Assembly: GCA_012799935.1 (NCBI GenBank)
Contig: JAAZKG010000098.1
Location: 191 to 64,190 of the forward strand
Source of the DNA: Erysipelotrichia bacterium
GTDB taxonomy: Bacteria > Bacillota_I > Bacilli_A > Erysipelotrichales > Erysipelotrichaceae
Direction of reading: 5' to 3'
Length of the DNA: 64,000 bases
Shown: one piece after another, positions 1 through 9,317 of the stretch
Position numbering within the stretch: the stretch's first letter is position 1
How the letters are laid out: every line of letters starts with the position of its first letter
The notes under the pieces: generated by a model
Seen by the model: only the letters and a program-made list of their open reading frames with translations
What the model was told of the DNA's origin: nothing
Database searches by the model: none
Made by a program: the position numbers and the translations under genes

Positions 1-987
1 AAATTATCTATAATAATACCAATATATAATGCGCAAGAATTTTTAGAAGAATGTATAGAATCTATAATGACTAAAATTAGCCAAGATTATCTAGAAGATA
101 TTGAGTTAATTTTGGTAAATGATGGTTCTATGGATAATAGTTTAAATATATGCAATAAATATGTAAAAAAGTATAGTAATATAAAAGTTTTTGATAATGA
201 GAATAATGGTGTTTCATATTCTAGAAATTTTGGTATTAAACAAGCTAAAGGTAAATATGTTATGTTTGTTGACTCTGATGACAAATTATCTAATGAATGG
301 TTTGAAATAGTAAAGGAATATATCGATAGTAGTTATGATATTGTTTTCTTTTCAGAAAAATATGATGGCAAAAAGATAACAGGAAATGAGATTGAATCTA
401 TAATAAAAGGGGTTATTGATGGAAACATTTATCTTTCATCGCCTTGTTCAAAGATATATAAAAGAGAATATATAATAGACAATAAAATATGTTTTAGATC
501 AAATCTAATTTCAGGAGAAGATATAATTTATAACTTGGAAATGTTTTCTGGAACCAAAAATTATATTGGAGTGAAAAAAAGTATATACCTATATAGAGCG
601 AACTCCAACTCAGTAACAAGATCATTTGACCCTAGAATGTTAGAAAATAGTATGAAATATCGAAAAATATTAAAAGAAATTGTTGATAAAAGTGATATGG
701 AAGAAATTGAAAAAAAAGCAATTTTAAATTTATCGATATCTAATTCTTTATTTAGAATGGCAAATATTTTATCAAATAGTTTAGATTATAAAGTTTTTCT
801 AAAATATTCATATATATTTAATGAATATCTTAAGGAGATAGATAATATATTTACGATAAACTTGAGTTATAAAAGGAAATTAATAATTTTTTTATTAAAA
901 ATAAAACAATATTATATAGTTTTTTCACTGTTTAATTTAATTAAGAAAAAATCAAGAAAGACAATAAATACCTTTAAAATTATATAA
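1..987 (+). CDS. Family 2 glycosyltransferase; the 5' end lies upstream of the window
   Basis: The frame is open from nt 1: KLSIIIPIYNAQEFLEECIESI precedes the tracked Met at 67. IIIPIYN, LILVNDGSMDNS and FVDSDD are classic GT-A/GT2 motifs. The C-terminus has a hydrophobic segment. Confidence 0.85.
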   Translation, partial: KLSIIIPIYNAQEFLEECIESIMTKISQDYLEDIELILVNDGSMDNSLNICNKYVKKYSNIKVFDNENNGVSYSRNFGIKQAKGKYVMFVDSDDKLSNEWFEIVKEYIDSSYDIVFFSEKYDGKKITGNEIESIIKGVIDGNIYLSSPCSKIYKREYIIDNKICFRSNLISGEDIIYNLEMFSGTKNYIGVKKSIYLYRANSNSVTRSFDPRMLENSMKYRKILKEIVDKSDMEEIEKKAILNLSISNSLFRMANILSNSLDYKVFLKYSYIFNEYLKEIDNIFTINLSYKRKLIIFLLKIKQYYIVFSLFNLIKKKSRKTINTFKII

Positions 988-1022
988 TAAAACAAATGTT
1001 ATCAAGAAGGAGAGCGAAAAAC

Positions 1023-2072
1023 ATGGAAAAAATAGATTTAAATTATAAGATAGTTTTAGTAACAGGCTCATCAGGCTTTATTGGATCGTTTTTGTGTGAA
1101 AGATTACTTAATGAATTTGAAGGAATAAAAGTAATCGGAATTGATAATATGAATGATTATTATGATATTAACTTGAAAAAATCAAGATTAAATAAATTGG
1201 GTAAGTATAATACATTTAAGTTTATCGAAGGAAGTATTGCTGATAAAGAATTAATAGATAAAATATTTGAAGAAAATAATATAAATATTGTAATAAATTT
1301 GGCAGCACAAGCTGGAGTTAGATATTCTATAGAAAATCCAGATACATACATTGAAAGCAATATTATAGGATTTTATAATATTTTAGAAGCATGTAGACAC
1401 AACTCAATAGAACATTTAGTTTATGCATCAAGCAGTTCTGTATATGGAGCAAATATAAAAATTCCTTTTAGTGTTGATGATAAGGCAGATAATCCAGTAT
1501 CACTTTATGCAGCGACTAAAAGATCTAATGAGCTTATGGCGCATAGCTATTCAAAATTGTATAATATTCCAAGTACAGGATTAAGATTTTTTACAGTATA
1601 TGGACCTGCAGGAAGACCTGACATGGCATATTTTGGATTTACAAATAAACTGATAAATGGTGAAACAATAAAAATATTTAACTACGGAAATTGCAAAAGA
1701 GACTTTACCTATATAGATGATTTGATTGAAGGAGTATTAAGAGTTATACAAGGAGCTCCAAAAAAGAAAACTGGTGCAGATGGACTTCCAACACCACCAC
1801 ATAATATTTATAATATAGGAAACTCAAATCCTGAAAATTTGTTAGATTTTGTAAGTATCTTACAAGAAGAATTAATTAGAGTAGGACTACTGCCAAAAGA
1901 TTATGACTTTGAAGCGCATAAAGAATTAGTACCAATGCAACCAGGAGATGTGCCAATAACATATGCAGATATAACACCGCTGGAAAGAGACTATGGGTTT
2001 AAACCGACTACAAGTCTAAAAGATGGATTAAGAAAATTTGTTGAATGGTACAAAGAGTTTTATATAGACTAA
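1023..2072 (+). CDS. NAD-dependent sugar-nucleotide epimerase (SDR), UDP-glucuronate 4-epimerase-like
   Basis: Rossmann motif VTGSSGFIG, catalytic YAATKRSNE (YxxxK) and a DFTYIDDLIEG block. The start is moved to ATG 1023, 8 nt after GAAGGAGAG (1006-1014), rather than the track start at 996. Confidence 0.8.
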   Translation: MEKIDLNYKIVLVTGSSGFIGSFLCERLLNEFEGIKVIGIDNMNDYYDINLKKSRLNKLGKYNTFKFIEGSIADKELIDKIFEENNINIVINLAAQAGVRYSIENPDTYIESNIIGFYNILEACRHNSIEHLVYASSSSVYGANIKIPFSVDDKADNPVSLYAATKRSNELMAHSYSKLYNIPSTGLRFFTVYGPAGRPDMAYFGFTNKLINGETIKIFNYGNCKRDFTYIDDLIEGVLRVIQGAPKKKTGADGLPTPPHNIYNIGNSNPENLLDFVSILQEELIRVGLLPKDYDFEAHKELVPMQPGDVPITYADITPLERDYGFKPTTSLKDGLRKFVEWYKEFYID

Positions 2073-2280
2073 TCCAAAAAAAGATCAGAACAAATTATTT
2101 AATTCATTATACTTAAACATAAAATCGCATACAAACATTCAATTGATTATTTATTTTATAATATTCTTTGCTTTTTGTGTGAAAAGAATTAATGAAGTTT
2201 TGTATTGAATGCTAATTATATTGTGTTTTAAAAAATGTTATTTTTATTAAAAACACCTTATAGTATTTTGTCATTAAAAA

Positions 2281-2289
2281 TGATATAAT
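2281..2289 (+). promoter_or_regulatory. Extended -10 promoter element (TGaTATAAT) upstream of ppdK
   Basis: TGATATAAT lies 34 nt upstream of the ppdK ATG and is followed by the SD AAAGGGAGG. The -35 is weak. Confidence 0.4.
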
Positions 2290-2322
2290 TAACGAGTACG
2301 AAAAAAGGGAGGAAATTAATGA

Positions 2323-4953
2323 ATGAGTAAGAAATATGTTTACTTATTTGAAGAAGGCAATGCAAGCATGCGAAATATCCTTGGTGGTAAAGGGGCAAAC
2401 TTAGCAGAAATGATTAATTTAGGCTTACCTGTACCAGGTGGTTTCACAATTACTACTGATGCTTGTAATCGTTATTATGATGATGGTGAAGTTATTGCCA
2501 AAGAAATTAAAGAAGAAATTTTAGTTAATTTAGCTAAATTAGAAGAAAAAACTGGTAAAAAGTTAGGTGGTAAAGAAAACCCACTTTTAGTGTCAGTTAG
2601 ATCTGGTTCTAGAGCATCAATGCCTGGAATGATGGATACAATTTTAAACTTGGGTATGAATGATGAAGTTGTTGAAACTATAGCTGAAAGAACCAATAAC
2701 CCAAGATTTGCTTATGACTCATATCGTAGATTTATTCAAATGTTTGGCGATGTTGTTATGGGTGTTAGCAAAAAAACATTTGAAACAATCATTGATGAAA
2801 TGAAAAAAGAAAAAGGCGTTACTTTAGATACAGAGTTATGCGAAAAAGATATGAAGGAAATGGTAGCTAAATTTAAAGCTTACTATAAAGAATCAGTTGG
2901 CGAAGATTTCCCTCAAGATCCAAAAGATCAATTAATGAAATCTGTTATAGCAGTATTCCGCTCTTGGAATAATGAAAGAGCTATTTATTATCGTAGAATG
3001 AATGATATTCCTTCTGATTGGGGAACTGCAGTTAATGTTCAAATGATGGTATTTGGTAATATGGGTGATGATTGTGGAACAGGTGTTGCCTTTACAAGAA
3101 ACCCAGCTACTGGTGAAAATAAATTATTTGGTGAATTTTTAATTAATGCACAGGGTGAAGATGTTGTTGCTGGTGTAAGAACACCACAAACAATTGATCA
3201 GCTAAAAGAAATTATGCCTGAAGTATTTGAAGAATTTGTTGGATACTGTGATAAACTGGAAAAACATTATAAAGATATGCAAGATATGGAATTTACAATT
3301 GAAGAGTCTAAATTATACATTTTGCAAACTCGTAATGGAAAAAGAACAGCTGCAGCTGCTTTAAAGATTGCTTGTGATTTATATGATGAAGGTATGATTA
3401 CTAAAGAAGAGGCAATCTTAAAAGTAGAACCTCAACAATTAGATACATTATTGCATCCACAATTTGATCAAGTTGCTTTAAAAGAAGCAACAGTTATCGG
3501 AAGTGGGTTAGCTGCATCTCCTGGTGCTGCATATGGTAAAGCTGTATTTACAGCTGCTGATGCAGTTGATTGGAAAAAACAAGGCAAAAAAGTTATCTTG
3601 GTAAGACTTGAAACATCTCCAGAAGATATTCAAGGTATGGCATCTGCTCAAGGAATTTTGACTGTTAGAGGTGGAATGACATCACATGCTGCTGTTGTAG
3701 CTAGAGGAATGGGTATTTGTTGTGTATCAGGCTGTGAAGAAATTGTTATTGGTAATAAAGAATTCACACTTGATGGTGTAACATATAAAGAAGGTGACTG
3801 GATTTCATTAGATGGTTCTACAGGTAATATCTATGCTGGTAAAATTCCAACAGTTCCTGCTGAAATTTCTGGCAACTTTGATAGATTAATGAAGTGGGCT
3901 GATGACATTCGAGATATGCAAATTAGAACTAACGCTGATACACCAAAAGATGCTACTCAAGCCTTAGAATTTGGTGCGCAAGGTATTGGTTTAGTTAGAA
4001 CCGAACATATGTTCTTTGAAGCAACCAAATTAAAAGCAATCAGAGAAATGATTTTGTCAACGACTGCAGAACAAAGAAAAGCAGCTTTAGAAAAAGTCTT
4101 ACCTTTACAGCAAAAAGACTTTGAAGAAATTTATGAAGCAATGCAAGGATATCCAGTAACTATACGTTATTTAGATCCACCTCTACACGAGTTTTTACCA
4201 ACAGAGGAAAAAGATGTTATTGCTTTAGCAAAAGAAATGAATGTTTCTGTAGAAAAATTAAATGAAGTAATTACTTCATTACATGAATTCAACCCAATGA
4301 TGGGACATAGAGGATGTCGTTTAGCAGTTACTTATCCTGAGATTGCAGAAATGCAAACAAGAGCAATAATTCAGGCAGCTATCGCTACTCAAAAGAAATA
4401 TCCAGAATGGAACTTATTACCTGAAATTATGATTCCATTAGTTGGAGATGTCAAAGAATTGAAGTATGTTAAAGATGTTGTTGTCAAAACTGCTGATGAA
4501 TTAATTGCTAAAGAGAAAGTTAAATTAAATTATCAAGTTGGTACAATGATTGAAATTCCTCGTGCAGCATTATTAGCAGATGAAATTGCTACTGAAGCTG
4601 ATTTCTTCTCATTTGGAACAAATGATTTAACTCAAATGGCATTTGGTTTCTCAAGAGATGATGCTACTAAATTCTTGAATTCATACTATGATGCTAGAAT
4701 TTATGATCAAGATCCATTTGCTAAACTAGACCAAAAAGGTGTTGGTATGTTAGTAGAAATGGCTGTTGAAAAAGGTAAGAGTGTTAAACCAAATCTTAAA
4801 TTAGGTATTTGTGGCGAACACGGTGGAGAACCTAGTTCTGTTGAATTCTGTCATAGAATGGGGTTAACATATGTATCATGTTCACCATTTAGAGTACCAC
4901 TAGCAAGACTTGCTGCTGCACAAGCTGCTGTTAAGTATCCTAGAAAGAAATAA
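2323..4953 (+). CDS. ppdK: Pyruvate, phosphate dikinase
   Basis: 876 aa. N-terminal ATP-grasp region (GGKGANLAEM), phosphohistidine motif GGMTSHAAVVARG, and a C-terminal PEP-utilising TIM barrel (GICGEHGG...SCSPFRVP). Confidence 0.97.
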   Translation: MSKKYVYLFEEGNASMRNILGGKGANLAEMINLGLPVPGGFTITTDACNRYYDDGEVIAKEIKEEILVNLAKLEEKTGKKLGGKENPLLVSVRSGSRASMPGMMDTILNLGMNDEVVETIAERTNNPRFAYDSYRRFIQMFGDVVMGVSKKTFETIIDEMKKEKGVTLDTELCEKDMKEMVAKFKAYYKESVGEDFPQDPKDQLMKSVIAVFRSWNNERAIYYRRMNDIPSDWGTAVNVQMMVFGNMGDDCGTGVAFTRNPATGENKLFGEFLINAQGEDVVAGVRTPQTIDQLKEIMPEVFEEFVGYCDKLEKHYKDMQDMEFTIEESKLYILQTRNGKRTAAAALKIACDLYDEGMITKEEAILKVEPQQLDTLLHPQFDQVALKEATVIGSGLAASPGAAYGKAVFTAADAVDWKKQGKKVILVRLETSPEDIQGMASAQGILTVRGGMTSHAAVVARGMGICCVSGCEEIVIGNKEFTLDGVTYKEGDWISLDGSTGNIYAGKIPTVPAEISGNFDRLMKWADDIRDMQIRTNADTPKDATQALEFGAQGIGLVRTEHMFFEATKLKAIREMILSTTAEQRKAALEKVLPLQQKDFEEIYEAMQGYPVTIRYLDPPLHEFLPTEEKDVIALAKEMNVSVEKLNEVITSLHEFNPMMGHRGCRLAVTYPEIAEMQTRAIIQAAIATQKKYPEWNLLPEIMIPLVGDVKELKYVKDVVVKTADELIAKEKVKLNYQVGTMIEIPRAALLADEIATEADFFSFGTNDLTQMAFGFSRDDATKFLNSYYDARIYDQDPFAKLDQKGVGMLVEMAVEKGKSVKPNLKLGICGEHGGEPSSVEFCHRMGLTYVSCSPFRVPLARLAAAQAAVKYPRKK

Positions 4954-4968
4954 AATAATAAAAAAGCG

Positions 4969-5005
4969 AAACCCCTCAAGATGATTACAAATTGAGGGGT
5001 TTTTA
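4969..5005 (+). terminator. Rho-independent terminator after ppdK
   Basis: ACCCCTCAA (4971-4979) pairs with TTGAGGGGT (4992-5000), followed by TTTTT. Confidence 0.85.
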
Positions 5006-5139
5006 ATTTGAAAAAATTAAACATACTTATATCCAAATAACCATTAAAAAATATTCTAATAATTGACTTAAATGTAATAATAACCAAACAATATTTAAAA
5101 CTTTATTAAACAATAATTGGAGCTAACTTAAAAATCTAC

Positions 5140-5168
5140 TTAACTAAATTTAAAAAATGTGCTATAGT
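5140..5168 (+). promoter_or_regulatory. Sigma-A type promoter for the MBOAT operon
   Basis: -35 TTAACT (5140-5145), a 17-nt spacer carrying a TG extension, and -10 TATAGT (5163-5168). Confidence 0.45.
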
Positions 5169-5234
5169 GACAATAAACTATTTTTATAGTTTAAATGTTA
5201 TTTAATATTATTCATTGATTTGAGGAGGACTAAT

Positions 5235-6683
5235 ATGCAGTTTAATACTTATCTTTATGTTTTAACTTTTTTACCTTTAACAATTATATGTTATTACATT
5301 ATTTGTAAGTATAGTTATAATGCAGCAAAAGTTTTTCTCATAGTAGTATCAATGTTTTTTTATTCTTATGCTGGAATTAAGGGATTTTATTGGTTATTAA
5401 TAAGCATATTTTTAAATTATTTATTTTCTTGTATTTTGAAGAAACAAAAAAGTAAATTAGTTTTATGGGTTGGAATCAGTATTAATATAATCTTGTTGGT
5501 TTATTTTAAATATACCAATTTTGTGATTGCCACAATAAATCAGTTGTTTAATAAAAATATTGGTGATTTAAATATAATATTGCCAATTGGTATTAGTTTT
5601 TTTACTTTTCAACAAATTTCTTATATAGTTGATACTTATTGGGGAAAAACATTGCAGAATTCATTATTAGACTACTTGTTATATATTACATTTTTTCCAA
5701 AAATATTGATGGGTCCGATTGTAAAACAATCAGATTTGATTCCCCAGTTTAATGATGAATCAAAGCGAAAACTTTCATATGAAAATTTAGTCGATGGCAT
5801 TCAGATGTTTATAATAGGTTTGTTTAAAAAAGTAATTTTAGCCGATACGTTTTCTTTAGCAGTAGCATGGGCATATAGCTTAGGAGATTTTAGCAAAATT
5901 ACTGCTATGGATACATTTTTAGTAATTATGGCTTATACTTTCCAAATTTATTTTGATTTTAGTGGATATAGCGATATGGCAATAGCTTCAGCTAGAATGT
6001 TAAATATAAATCTTTCAATTAATTTTGATTCACCTTACAAAGCATTATCAATTCGTGATTTCTGGAAACGTTGGCACATATCATTGTCAAAGTTTTTAAC
6101 AGAATATGTGTACATACCATTGGGGGGCAATAGAAAAGGTAAAATTAGAACTATTATAAATACAATGATTGTTTTCTTGGTTTCAGGATTATGGCACGGA
6201 GCAAACTGGACATTTGTCCTTTGGGGTCTATTGAATGGAGTATTAAGTATTCTGGATAGAATGACGGAAAAGTATAGAAAGAATGTCCATCCCGCACTTA
6301 AATGGATTAGTACATTTATAATAGTGAGTTTTTTATGGTCACTATTTCAATCAAATAGCATTACTGAATGGAAAAATATGATTGTTCAAATGTTAAAGTT
6401 TAATGATACTTCTATAAGTACAGGGTTAATTAACTGTTTTATTCTTCCAGAAACTAGTTTTTTAAATTGGTTATTTAACCTAAAGTATTTTAGTGTACGA
6501 ATAAGGGGGTTTTGGATGATATTATTCTATTTAATGTCAATAATTTTATGTCTTGGTTTTGAAAATACTTATAAGATGAAACACAGAAAAAGTATCTTAA
6601 CTGCATTTTATTATGGAACATTGTTTATTTTTACTTTGACCTGTATAGGTACGGAAACAGTATTTGTTTATTTTGGTTTTTAA
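5235..6683 (+). CDS. MBOAT-family membrane O-acyltransferase (AlgI/DltB/PatA-like)
   Basis: Polytopic membrane protein. It carries the family signature around RDFWKRWHISLSKFLTEYVYIPLGGNRKG with the conserved His in GLWHGANW. Start taken at ATG 5235, after GAGGAGG (5222-5228). Confidence 0.9.
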   Translation: MQFNTYLYVLTFLPLTIICYYIICKYSYNAAKVFLIVVSMFFYSYAGIKGFYWLLISIFLNYLFSCILKKQKSKLVLWVGISINIILLVYFKYTNFVIATINQLFNKNIGDLNIILPIGISFFTFQQISYIVDTYWGKTLQNSLLDYLLYITFFPKILMGPIVKQSDLIPQFNDESKRKLSYENLVDGIQMFIIGLFKKVILADTFSLAVAWAYSLGDFSKITAMDTFLVIMAYTFQIYFDFSGYSDMAIASARMLNINLSINFDSPYKALSIRDFWKRWHISLSKFLTEYVYIPLGGNRKGKIRTIINTMIVFLVSGLWHGANWTFVLWGLLNGVLSILDRMTEKYRKNVHPALKWISTFIIVSFLWSLFQSNSITEWKNMIVQMLKFNDTSISTGLINCFILPETSFLNWLFNLKYFSVRIRGFWMILFYLMSIILCLGFENTYKMKHRKSILTAFYYGTLFIFTLTCIGTETVFVYFGF

Positions 6684-6699
6684 TATGGAGACTACAATT

Positions 6700-8295
6700 A
6701 TGAAAAATAAAACATGGTTGATTACTTTTTTAACGATAACACTTAGTATGGTAATAATTGTTTGTTCTATTACTATTTATGTTGACCCTTACATGCATTA
6801 TCATAAACCATTTACAGATAAATTTTATTATAATATAAATAATCAGAGAAGTCAGAATAATGGAATAGTAAAACATTTTGAATATGATGCTATCATAACT
6901 GGAACTTCTATGACAGAAAATTTTTATGCTTCAGAAGTAGATAGAATTTTTGAATGTAAATCAATAAAAGTTCCTTATTCGGGAGGTTCATTCAAAGAAA
7001 TAAATGATAATTTAGAAATTGCATTGAGCATAAACCCTAACATCAAATATATTATAAGAGGATTGGACTTATCTCGTGTTAATTTTGATAAAAATCATAT
7101 GCGCACAGATCTTGGAAAATTTCCTACTTATCTCTATGATAATAATCCCTTTAATGATGTGAATTATTTGCTAAATAGAAATGTTTTGTATAATCGAATA
7201 ATTAAGATGGTAAATGATGCGCTATCAGGAAAGCCAACGGGTATTACCTCATTTGACAGGTATTCGAATTGGATGTCCCGAAAAAAATTCGGAAATAAAA
7301 TAGTGTTAAAATCAAAATTAATAGAGGGAATTGGATACAAAGAAACTGAACAAGTCAAGGTACTAAATGATTTATTTAAAGATAGAATTAGAGGAAACAT
7401 AGAGCAAAATGTAACAAGTCTTGCTGAAAAATATCCAAACACTACTTTTTATTATTTCATTCCACCATACAGTGCAGCATATTGGGGATATCAAATGGAG
7501 GCTGGAAACATGTTGAGGCAAATAGAAATGATAGAGTATGTACTATCTTTAATTGTTCCACATAAAAACATTCATATGTTTTGCTGGAATCGATTTGATT
7601 TATTTGATGATTTAAATAATTACGGAGATCTTACTCATTATGGTGATTGGATAAATTCGTGGATTATTGCTGAAATGAAAAGGGAATCAGGAAGGCTTAC
7701 AGAGGACAACTATAAAGATTATATTAATGAATTAAAAGAACATTATATGAATTTTGATTTTAATAGCCTTTTTGAACAAATAGATTATGAAGCTGATTAC
7801 TATATTTCTGGTCTTCTAAATAAAGAAATTTTAGGAACAGATCCAATGAGTTTAGATGGTAGTTTCTTTGAACAAACTGAAATAAAAAATGCTAATATCG
7901 TTATGAATCAATTTAATGATACTGATGGTATTGAATGTTATGGCGTAATGTCTAGGCTAGTTGATTCAAAAGAAAGCATAGATAAATCGATGTTTGATGG
8001 TGATTTTTGTGGGATAAAGTTTACTATTGATGTTTCAGATTATCGTTGTTTAGTGTTTTATGGAAAAAAACTTTCAAATAATGGTCAATATACAGTCAGT
8101 ATATTTGATAACGTAGGAAACCTATTAAATAAGATTTCAGCAAAATACACAGATTTAGATGATAATTGGCATCAATATGCAATTAGTTTAGCTGGAATAT
8201 ATGGAGAAGTGACAATTGTAATGAATGGCGGATACACAGATCAATCAGGTTCAATTAATTCTCGCTACATTTTCAGCAACATTATTTTATACTAA
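6700..8295 (+). CDS. Membrane-anchored extracytoplasmic SGNH/DltD-like protein with an extra C-terminal domain (MBOAT partner)
   Basis: N-terminal signal-anchor TM. GTS at 6901-6909 looks like a block I serine, and DLTH at 7627-7638 looks like a block V DxxH. About 150 extra C-terminal residues follow. The gene begins 17 nt after the MBOAT stop. The start (6685 or 6700) is uncertain. Confidence 0.55.
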   Translation: MKNKTWLITFLTITLSMVIIVCSITIYVDPYMHYHKPFTDKFYYNINNQRSQNNGIVKHFEYDAIITGTSMTENFYASEVDRIFECKSIKVPYSGGSFKEINDNLEIALSINPNIKYIIRGLDLSRVNFDKNHMRTDLGKFPTYLYDNNPFNDVNYLLNRNVLYNRIIKMVNDALSGKPTGITSFDRYSNWMSRKKFGNKIVLKSKLIEGIGYKETEQVKVLNDLFKDRIRGNIEQNVTSLAEKYPNTTFYYFIPPYSAAYWGYQMEAGNMLRQIEMIEYVLSLIVPHKNIHMFCWNRFDLFDDLNNYGDLTHYGDWINSWIIAEMKRESGRLTEDNYKDYINELKEHYMNFDFNSLFEQIDYEADYYISGLLNKEILGTDPMSLDGSFFEQTEIKNANIVMNQFNDTDGIECYGVMSRLVDSKESIDKSMFDGDFCGIKFTIDVSDYRCLVFYGKKLSNNGQYTVSIFDNVGNLLNKISAKYTDLDDNWHQYAISLAGIYGEVTIVMNGGYTDQSGSINSRYIFSNIILY

Positions 8296-8458
8296 GACTA
8301 TATTTGAGAATTGTTATTTTGCACTTAATAACTGTAAAATTAAATTGATTATTTCAATTTTTTAAAAAATGAATACATATTGATTTATGAATAATAATTT
8401 TCATTATTAATAGTGTATTAAAAAATTTACGTTTAATATGAGTTGAATGTCAGTAAAC

Positions 8459-8487
8459 TTGACAAAAATAATCATTCAAATTATAGT
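8459..8487 (+). promoter_or_regulatory. Sigma-A type promoter upstream of the sugar transferase gene
   Basis: TTGACA (8459-8464), a 17-nt spacer, and TATAGT (8482-8487). Confidence 0.5.
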
Positions 8488-8595
8488 TTAATTCGTAAAC
8501 AATATTTTAAAAAGTAAAATTATACTATTTAAAAGTTTCTTGCAAAAAGAATACCAATGAAAAATAAAAAGTAAGTTTAATGAGGGAAAAGAAAA

Positions 8596-9252
8596 ATGGA
8601 AAACAATGAACAATTAGTGAAACAAAATGAAAAGAGAATCTACACAATTGAACGAGTAGAACCAAAAAATAATATTGTTTATTGTTTTACAAAACGTTTT
8701 TTAGATATATTTCTTTCAATATTTGTACTAGTTGTATTATCATTACCAATGATTATTATTGCAATAATTATACGATTAGATTCACCTGGTCCTGCTTTTT
8801 TTAGACAAGATCGCCTTGGTAAAAATGGAAAAACTTTTATAATGTACAAATATCGCACTATGTATACTGATGCTGAAAAAGATGGACCACAATGGGCAAA
8901 GGAAAATGATTCACGTTGCACAAAGGTTGGCTTATATTTACGTAAAACTAGAATTGATGAGTTACCACAATTTATAAATGTATTAAAAGGAGAAATGAGT
9001 TTGGTGGGACCTAGACCTGAAAGAGAATACTTTTATGATAAATTTGAAACATATATAAAGGGTTTTCGTTATCGACTTGCTGTTTTGCCTGGTATTACAG
9101 GTCTTGCCCAAGTTAATGGTGGATATAATTTATTGCCAGAAGAAAAAATTGTATATGATATGGAATATATTAGGAATATGTCTTTTACAATGGATTTATA
9201 TTGTTTTTTAAAGACCTTTTTAATATTGTTTACCAGTGATGGTGCTAGATAA
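8596..9252 (+). CDS. Small polyprenyl-phosphate sugar-phosphate transferase (bacterial sugar transferase, WbaP/CpsE C-terminal type)
   Basis: A single N-terminal hydrophobic helix followed by the conserved blocks PGPAFFRQDRLGKNGKTF..YKYRTM and DELPQFINVLKGEMSLVGPRPE. Confidence 0.9.
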   Translation: MENNEQLVKQNEKRIYTIERVEPKNNIVYCFTKRFLDIFLSIFVLVVLSLPMIIIAIIIRLDSPGPAFFRQDRLGKNGKTFIMYKYRTMYTDAEKDGPQWAKENDSRCTKVGLYLRKTRIDELPQFINVLKGEMSLVGPRPEREYFYDKFETYIKGFRYRLAVLPGITGLAQVNGGYNLLPEEKIVYDMEYIRNMSFTMDLYCFLKTFLILFTSDGAR

Positions 9253-9286
9253 TGTTTTTTATTAAGTAAATGCAATGCTAAACAAT

Positions 9287-9317
9287 AAAATCGAAATAGT
9301 GGTTCTATTCCGATTTT
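9287..9317. terminator. Bidirectional terminator between the convergent sugar transferase and tmcAL genes
   Basis: AAAATCGAAATAG pairs with CTATTCCGATTTT (one mismatch), with an A-run and a T-run on either side. It abuts the tmcAL stop codon. Confidence 0.6.

Noticed and set aside
2073-5006. ppdK as a horizontally inserted cassette.
   Set aside because: There are no flanking repeats or mobility genes and no visible compositional shift relative to its neighbours. Only its odd position among glycan genes is noted.
5220-5234. Upstream-extended starts offered by the ORF track (996, 5220, 6664, 10441, 12390, 21253, 21856, 29930, 39389, 40041, 41306, 52895, 53838, 59004).
   Set aside because: In each case a downstream ATG has a properly spaced Shine-Dalgarno sequence and gives the family-typical N-terminus. 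Several extended starts are TTG or GTG codons that lie within that SD or within the upstream gene.
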